Assembly: GCA_021613535.1 (NCBI GenBank)
Contig: CP075497.1
Location: forward strand, 6,510,001-6,574,000
DNA length: 64,000 bases
Source of the DNA: Adineta vaga
Lineage: Eukaryota > Animalia > Rotifera
Reading direction: 5' to 3'
Positions 52,464 to 64,000 of the stretch are shown piece after piece. A program made the position numbers and the translations under genes. The notes beneath the pieces were generated by a model. That model searched no databases. It was given only the letters and a program-made list of their open reading frames with translations, and was not told the DNA's origin. Positions within the stretch are counted from its first letter, which is position 1. Every line of letters starts with the position of its first letter.

Positions 52464-53072
52464 TCATTTGAAATCAAGTAATTCAACATCGAAAATCAAT
52501 GTTGAATCGCCTGGAATTAATCCATCACCAAAACCTTCTTTACCTAATAAAAACATTCTTTGTTTTTTTTCATAATTTATTTATCTGAATATAATTTCTT
52601 ACCATAAGCATATTCCGGTGGACATGTAAATATTGCACGTTCACCTTTTGACATCTGAGCAACGCCTTCATCCCATCCCTATATTCACATATAGAATATT
52701 TTTACAATCAATTTCCTTATTCAATTATCTTACTCTTATAACTTCACTAGAAAAAGATAAAAATTCCAGCGAATTAAAATTATCAAAGCAATTCTAGTTG
52801 AAAATATTCACCCTTGGCCAAGTGTAAATTCAAATGGTTCATTACGATCACGTGAGGAATCAAATTTCTTTCCATTTCTTAATGTACCTATACATTCAAA
52901 CTTGAAATATTTCTTTTCTTATTTCTCTCTCACCAGTATAATGAACAGATACAAGTTGTCCATCTTTTGGCTTTTGACCTAATATTTCATAATTACAAAC
53001 AATGATGACAAAAGTAAAACTCAACGAACCATTTCCTTCTTTAATTGTTTCAACTTTAAATCCTGATGACAT
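52464..53072 (-). CDS. FKBP1A: FKBP12-type peptidyl-prolyl isomerase (110 aa; not in ORF track)
   Basis: Exons 53072-53030, 52978-52934, 52887-52812, 52746-52734, 52678-52603, 52543-52464 give ...[60 protein letters not shown]...[17 protein letters not shown]. Confidence 0.93.
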
Positions 53073-53458
53073 TTCTTGTTGAATAATAAGATCTATGTTC
53101 TACAAAAAAAAAGATGAAATTCGTCTATATCTTTTATTTATATATATATATATATGTATATACAAAGCACAAAAAGAAAGAAAAATAATAATAATAATAG
53201 CCAAGTATAGACGCTAAAAAAAGAAGTAGTAACAATAAACAGTAAAGTCCGTTGTTTAGTTAAGTTGAGCAATATGAAATCTATATACACGAGAACAGAA
53301 AAAAAAGAGAAAAGAGAAAACATGTAGCAAGAGAACAATGAGACAATTTTATAGCTAGAGTAAAGAACCGGTTTTTTTGTGCGATGGTGTACAATCCAGA
53401 TTAGAAATATTTTGACACAGAACTAAAAAAAGAAGACCACAAATTGAATTCGTTTTAT

Positions 53459-55247
<1,789 letters not shown>

Positions 55248-55391
55248 ACTTTTTCGAATTATTATCTAGAAGAAATAAATTGTTTTACGTTTACTTTCGC
55301 TTATATATATATATAAATCTATATCTATCTTCTTCGTTTCATAAAAAAAAAGTCGCGGACAAATATACAAAAACAAATATTATACAGGGTA

Positions 55392-56899
55392 TCACCTTGA
55401 TGTCGGATACCAATGTTTCATCCCTTCAAAATCGTAGAGATGTTCATAGGCTAGGAGAAATTCATTTGTACGATCGAATTTATTTATTTTCGCTTTGCGT
55501 TTGCCATCACATGGATTGATATGTAATTCTTTTTCCATAGTTAATGTTAAAAATTGTTGCCATTGTTGTTGAACTGATTGCATCTCATTGAAAAGAATTG
55601 AATCGAGTACTGAATCATCATCGAGTAATTCACTTGAAGAAAAAAAAACAGAATATTAAAGAAACTGTTTTTTTCTTCCGGTAGAAGAAAGTAAACTTAC
55701 GTGCTGGAAGTTATGATTGGTGCGATTTTCTTTTTCTTTTTCTTTTTTATTGGTTCATCTTTTGGACAAAGTAATAAACCTTGAGATGGAATTGCAGATG
55801 TGTCTTTGTCAATTGTACTCGTTTGTTGTTTATAATTTTCCGAAGATAACTTTTTCACTAATGGAATGTCTAATAATAACAAAAAAAAACAAAAGTTTAG
55901 CAAATCGTATTATTTTATAAACTGCTTCATAGAAAAACATGGCTGTTCTTCAGTGTAGTTCAAGGATCGTAATTGATGATACTAACTTTTAATAATTGTT
56001 GTAATGGGTTGTTTTTGTGATTGTTCGGGACGATTTACTCGTAATTTAAATTTTGGTTGTTTAGTAATACCTAGTTTTGTTTTTTGACGATTCAATTCTT
56101 CATCGAGTAAATTCTTTTCACATTTTGAATTATCAACTTGACTCGCTACAAAAAAATCAATCGAAATTTTGTTATTGCTTTCTATAACAAAAAGAATGAC
56201 ACATACGTGATGTTGATTGTCGGAGTTTCTTGCTCGATAAATCATTTGGTTCCACTTTTCGTTTCTGATTATTTTCTTGACTTGAAATGAAAAAGAAAAC
56301 AAGTTTTTATTTTCAGAAAATCGAATTTCGTGTTTGATTTACTTTGGTAATATATTTACATCAGATGATTTTATCTGAGAATGCTCTTTATCTGATAAAG
56401 AGGAAGAAGAAGAGGCAGATTTTCTAAGTGTTATATCATCTGCAGAAAATAATTTCGGACGAATTGGTATAGAATCTTGTTCATTTTGTCGTCTTAAACA
56501 AGATTTGTACAGATCATTAGATTTAGTATCGGAAGTTGATGAATAGGACCGTCGATGATCAACATCAGATGTTGATGGTGAAATAATTGGAGAGTGTTCC
56601 GACGACTAAAACAACAAAGATTAAATCGCAGAGTCTTCTATCGTATATGAAAAAAACTCAAGTTTTTATATTCTAATTGGAATAATTACTTGTCTTCGTT
56701 CGTCAACATCAGTAATTGTTGATGTAATTCTTAAATCTTCGTCCACTTCAACTTTCTTATCATACAATCCGACACCAGGTTGATAAACGAAAGATAATTG
56801 TTTTTTTTCATTATTCACAGTTGAAAGTGGCGCTGACCAATTCGTTTGTGTTGGCTGTAGAACATCAGCCGATGGAACTGAAGGTGGATCACACCACAT
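55392..56899 (-). CDS. Orphan multi-exon protein, low complexity with a conserved-looking C-terminus
   Basis: A series of minus-strand coding fragments bounded by GT-AG (56899-56690, ~56605-56343, ~56282-56217, ~56146-55925, ~55869-55701, ~55633-55392). No family recognised. Start uncertain (possible extra exon from 57012). Confidence 0.6.
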
Positions 56900-57067
56900 T
56901 AAATGTGCATATCTAAAAAAAACGAAACAATAATCAATGGTTTCCTTTTTCTTTTTTTCTATTTGTCAAACAAATGATGATGTTACAGATATGTTTGAAA
57001 TTTCTTATCCATCAACATAACAAAAGAAAACAAAAAAAAATAATTGTTGTTTTCATCTTGTCGTTGA

Positions 57068-57388
57068 TTAATAGCTGATGACTTGATTTTTCTTCTTCTT
57101 TTCGGCACCTAATTCGAAATGTTTGGTACGTTTAATAGCTAATTGTTTTTTGAATTTGCATTCCGTACATTCCATACGTAAAACAATTTTCTTGGTTGTT
57201 TTAGCTTTCTTATGAAACACAGGTTTCTTTTGACCACCATAACCTTTTTGTTTCATATCGTAACGTCGTTTACCTTGAGCATGTACACTATCTTTGCCTT
57301 TTTTGTATTGAGACACTTTGTGTAATGTATGTTTCTTGCAATTTTTGCCCTTGCAAAATGTTCGACGTGTTTTTGGTACGTTAACCAT
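57068..57388 (-). CDS. RPL36A: 60S ribosomal protein L36a/L44 (eL42)
   Basis: [32 protein letters not shown]...[27 protein letters not shown]. Intronless CDS. Confidence 0.97.
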   Translation of the reverse strand: MVNVPKTRRTFCKGKNCKKHTLHKVSQYKKGKDSVHAQGKRRYDMKQKGYGGQKKPVFHKKAKTTKKIVLRMECTECKFKKQLAIKRTKHFELGAEKKKKNQVISY

Positions 57389-57645
57389 TGTTCTTGTTCT
57401 TTCGATGGATAAGAAAGACAAATCTAGAAAGAAATATTAATTGAATAATGTTAATGTTTAACTTCATTTTTCTGTATATGTATTTGTATATACAAAATGT
57501 TAATATGATAAATAAATGAATGAAATAAACAAATACAACACTAAAAACATACGACAGATACAAAGATTAAATGTGAAAATATCTGACAAAAGAATTCGTT
57601 TTCATTTTGATCAAAAAAAGAAAGAGATGATTCTTCTTTCCTCAT

Positions 57646-59405
<1,760 letters not shown>

Positions 59406-60452
59406 TATGAAATCTATCAAATTGAATGAAATATTATTTAAAACTAACACACAATAATCGATGAAAAAGAATAGAGAGAAACGATCGTCGGCATATTGAA
59501 ATCGTTTGTGATATTGACCTCTACTGACTTGTGTATACAGTAGGTCAATAAAAACATATCCTCAAAGAAGAAAAGATGTTTTTCTTCAGAAAAAAATTTC
59601 TTGAATTTAAAAAGACTAGTTAGAAAAAAAACAATTCTAATATTTACACTTTATTTATTTAGTAGATGGGAGTTCAGTTGAACATCTTAAAGAAGGATCT
59701 GATATTCAATTTTGATTGGACAGAAAAATCAATCAATAGGATTATTGATTACATTGAAGTTTTAAAGACTATTTGAGAAACAAATTATCGATTAGCAAAA
59801 GATATTGTATCTTTCGTATGGATGTGTAGGTATGCCATTGATTAAATTCTAATTTTTATGAACTTATTTCACTGTTTAATGCGAGTTTTTTGTTTTTCGA
59901 TAATCTATATCGATATATAATTTTCTTCATATCAATACATATCGAAGGTCTGTCTCTAAGCAGATAATACTTTCGATCCTCTTCACTATTCAGGATATAG
60001 GAAAAGATTTTCCACTGGAAATTCTAGCTACAACTTTTTCACATTTTTCTATAAAACTGACTTAACATAGGTTAAAACTTGAAATTGATTATCTTAAAAA
60101 TAGTTCCCCTTTTTGAGAAGATTTCTCATAGAATTCATTACTATAACTAAACGTCTATAATATATCGGTTATATACTATTCTTGTCTGACAGTTACGGAA
60201 GATTAAACTACGAATATACATAAAATTGAGAATAACAGAAAAAAATGTGTTTATAAACAAGCTGGTGTACTATGCTTGTGTTACGAAGAGAATGGAGAGA
60301 AAAGAATAAAATATTCTGTTGCACATATTGTCATACGAATGAGAAAATTTCATTGAATTTCTCATATTCAATTATGCAATAATTTATATTGTGTAAATAA
60401 AAAGAAATAGTTTGTAATATTTACTTTTAGATGTTGATTTTGTGTATGAAAT

Positions 60453-63400
60453 ATGTTCAAACTTGAATCATATATAACACCATGGCTTTTATCATATATT
60501 GATCAGTATGTAAAATTACGCCGAGAAGATTTTCAATTATCATTATGGGGTGGTGATGTCGTTTTTTATAATCTCGAATTACGTTTAGCAAACATTCAAA
60601 AATTAGTTCCAACACTTCCAATTGTCTTTCAAAGTGGAATTATTCATGAGTTACGTATTCATGTATGTACATAAATTCGATTTGATTGATGAAAAACAAA
60701 GCATAGACGAATTTCTTAAATTTTCTAATCATAGATTCCATGGATTCGAATCAATTCCGAACCAATTGTTGTAACTATCAATCAAATTGAACTTGTCATT
60801 GTTTTAAATAAAGAATGTACACCAGCCAATGATTCTCAACCATCATTTCCAAATGATGTTAATTCTGACCATGTACTTATTCAACAACAACAACCAACAA
60901 CACCAGAACAATCAAATTATGTTCAAACAGTTCTTGCTCGTATTCTTAATAATGTTCAAATTGTTGTTAATAATTTAATAGTGAAATTTATTGAACATGA
61001 TATTGTCATATCATTATCATCACGTACAGCACAATGTTATGCGGCAAATCAAAATTGGATAAAATCATTCATTGAATTAACACAACAAGATTTATCATTA
61101 AGACGTTTAATTACTTTACCAGATATAACATTATGTTTAGATAAACGTGACTCAAATGGAAAAGTTCATCGATATGAAGTTCCATTATTATCACGTTGTT
61201 CATTTGAATGTCGTATTCAAATGTCGTATTCAAATGTTTATCAACAATTAAATACAAAACCCATACAAACACGTTTAAGTTTTAATTGTGCAAATATTGA
61301 AATTTCAATTGTTGATAATCAATTATCAATGATTATGCGTTTAATCGAAAATATTATGATATTAATTAATCAACAAATGAGTTCACAGACTGATGATGAA
61401 GCATTGAAAGAACAAAAGAAAACTACAACAAAAGAATTATCACCACCACCTTCACCACCTATTCCACTTCCACCACCTTTACCATCGTTACCTCCATTAA
61501 TACCTATTGAAGACAAAACAGTTGAACTAGATAGTTCTCAACCAGGTTGGATTTCATGGGCATGGTCATATGTACCCTCTGTAACAACATTGTTTGCAGA
61601 AGATGATCAACCAATCGATGCAAATAATCCAGGAAATATACCTATTGAACAACAACAAGAAAAGATAGAAGTTCCATTTGTAGAACAAAACCCATTGATA
61701 ACGAATAACATTAGTAATGCACCTACACCGATTCTTTTTGCTGGTATTGATTTAGATCGAATAAGTTTACAATATAAAGTAAAATACTTTAGTTTTAAAA
61801 TCAATTGAATTAGAATTATATCTTTCTAGGTTACAAGATCAGCTGGTGAGAAATTATCTGTAGTACCATTTATTTCATTCATTGTCGAAAAAGCGAGTAT
61901 GTAGATTATTCTATATCATACAAATCGTTAATCTATTCATTTAGATATTATTGTTGAACGTTATAAACCTACAAGTACGACTGCACTTGATGGTCAATCT
62001 GTTGTATCTCGTGTTCGTAAAGTGAAAGTTTTGACATCGAAAATGTCTTTAAGTTGGGATGAACGTTTACATCTATCTTTATCTGATGTTCATTTTACAT
62101 TACATTATGATCGACATGTACGTATGACACGTTTTTCGTTGATAATCAATGATTTCAATGCCAGATTGAATCATAATTTACTTATCTATCCGTGTCAAGT
62201 AACATTCAAACTTGATCATCATCGAACATATTCATTACTACATTTGGAATTCTCTTCATTAACTGGTAAACTTGATTACAATATTTTAGCATATTTAATC
62301 ACAGTTGTTAATCAAATACGAATGATTGTTGATGTATCAACATCATTATTTCAATTATCGAAATTTGTAGAACATGTAGAAGATGATATTATATCTGTTG
62401 ATGATTTAAGAAATAGTTCAATGAAATGTATATTTCAATTATCCAATGATTTACCTAATATAAATGAAATTGCATTTACAACAACGAATCATCATAATTT
62501 AGCATCTTCTATGACATGGAAATATGCCGAAAGACGATCCATTCTTAAATGTCATATTCTTCCATTACCATTTCATGATGATCTTACTGGTGTAGTGATT
62601 CCAAATAGAATTAAAACAGTAGAATGTTTAATGCAATATTGGCATTTTGGTACAAAACAATTTGTTACATGGCAAACATTCGATTTAACCGATGGTCAAC
62701 CATTATTTCTTGATTTTAGTAATGATCTTGGACAAAATCCTTATTCTGAAATGTGGCGTATTGTTTTGGTTAATGCATCATCGATTATTAATCAATCTCA
62801 TTCCTTAGCTGCATCGACACGTATCGATTCATTACAAAGTCAACGTTATGAACCATCACTTGAAATGACAATTAAAATTCCAACAATTCATGTACATTTT
62901 ATGATCGATCTTCCAGTAAAGAAAATATCGTCTATCATCTTTCTTATTCTCCTTTTGTTTTTTTATTATTTAGAAAGAAAATTCTTCTTCGAAATTTCAA
63001 TCAATTCTTCAAGAATGTCAACATGATGTTTTAACATTAAATTTAGATAATATTTCATTTGATTATAGTCAACGTTTGGAAACAAGAATCATTAGTATTG
63101 AAACGATTCTTTCCCTTGAAACATTAGAATATCGTTTTCTAACAAAACGTTCGTGTATTGAACCTGCTTTGATCAATCTAAATCTTTTCATTGATACATC
63201 AAAATCAAGTATATTAACATCATTTCCAAATGTTTTCGAAATAAATAATGGAAAATATAATCAATTATTTTGTTCAGCAAAAACATCGTTTGTTTGTCAA
63301 TTACATTTCGATATCGATCATATTAATATTCGATTAAGTCAATCATTGTGTCATTTAATTAATATTCTTTATCAACAATTTATTCGATCAGATATGATCA

Positions 63401-64000
63401 AAATTTTAAATCTAAATCAACAAACACAAGAAGGTAAATACTATCGATAAAGTATTTCGACAAAAAAGAAAATTTGTTTTCTTTTAGCTTTAGTTTTAAC
63501 AAAAAGTGATGATTCATTTTATTATACTTATTATCTATTTACAAATCATTTAAATTGTTCGATTGGTTTGAAACAATATGATACAAATGATAACTTTCTT
63601 GTTCTTCCATCTTCTCGTACAACTGATTTTATTTTGTCAAAAATTCTTACAAATGAAATGTTAATTCAATTTTCTCTTGAACATCTCTCTTCAGATCCAT
63701 ACTATTCATCTCCAATTAATATTCATCATTCCGATAATAATCTTAAACAAATTGTTCAATTCGAAAATAGTCCACATTTATTCTATTTACAAAATCATTA
63801 CGATCAACATCAAATTCGTCGTCATATACATATATTTGGTAAAATAATTCTCAAGAATCTTTCTAATATTGATCTTGATCTAAAATTATATTTAAATGTT
63901 GGTTTAAGACAAATTGATATTTCCATACCAAAATATCAAACATATTCAAGTTGTTTACAAACAAAAGATGATATCGAATATATTCAATGGAATTCTTCAC
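60453..64000 (+). CDS. VPS13B: VPS13B (COH1) bridge-like lipid transfer protein, 5' part (runs off the window)
   Basis: Chorein-N start LESYITPWLLSYIDQYVKLRREDFQLSLWGGDVVFYNLEL...GIIHELRIH|IPW..SEPIVVTIN, plus TLCLDKR and GWISWAWS, all typical of VPS13B. Exons 60453-60662, 60735-61778, 61830-61896, 61945 onward. Confidence 0.9.

Noticed and set aside
56987-57008. AGATATGTTTGA similarity to miR-190 (or its target site on the minus strand)
   Set aside because: No convincing precursor-length hairpin, and a 12-nt AT-rich match is compatible with chance.
57068-57388. Intronless RPL36A as a processed pseudogene
   Set aside because: The ORF is intact and conserved, with no poly-A remnant or target-site duplication seen.

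Overview
AT-rich eukaryotic (metazoan) genomic DNA with many ~50-70 nt GT-AG introns. The compactness, codon style and gene set suggest a bdelloid rotifer (inference). I can support 23 protein-coding genes, most of them spliced, so the ORF track shows only fragments. In order: a PKFamide neuropeptide precursor, two tandem GATA4/5/6-type factors, glucosidase II alpha, TTC29, a 2-TM protein, a METTL21-type methyltransferase, a Pro-rich protein, a 3-Ig GPI-type protein, an MS4A-like protein, two convergent eIF4E paralogues, CCDC157, a 92-aa hydrophilin-like protein, a degenerate SPPL2-like protein, PRDM13-like, a 3CxxC protein, SCCPDH, FKBP12, two divergent R-Smads flanking RPL36A and an orphan gene, and the 5' part of VPS13B. 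The main candidate system is a six-gene, same-strand, operon-like array (SmadB-RPL36A-orphan-SmadA-FKBP12-SCCPDH). Its gaps are 145-390 bp, each ATG has an AG acceptor just upstream, and it links two Smads lacking the DNA-binding hairpin to the TGF-beta receptor regulator FKBP12. Other highlights are microexons over the eIF4E cap-binding loop, altered GATA finger architecture, an apparently internally shortened VPS13B and a probable pseudo-protease. No rRNA, tRNA, CRISPR or clear transposon was recognised.
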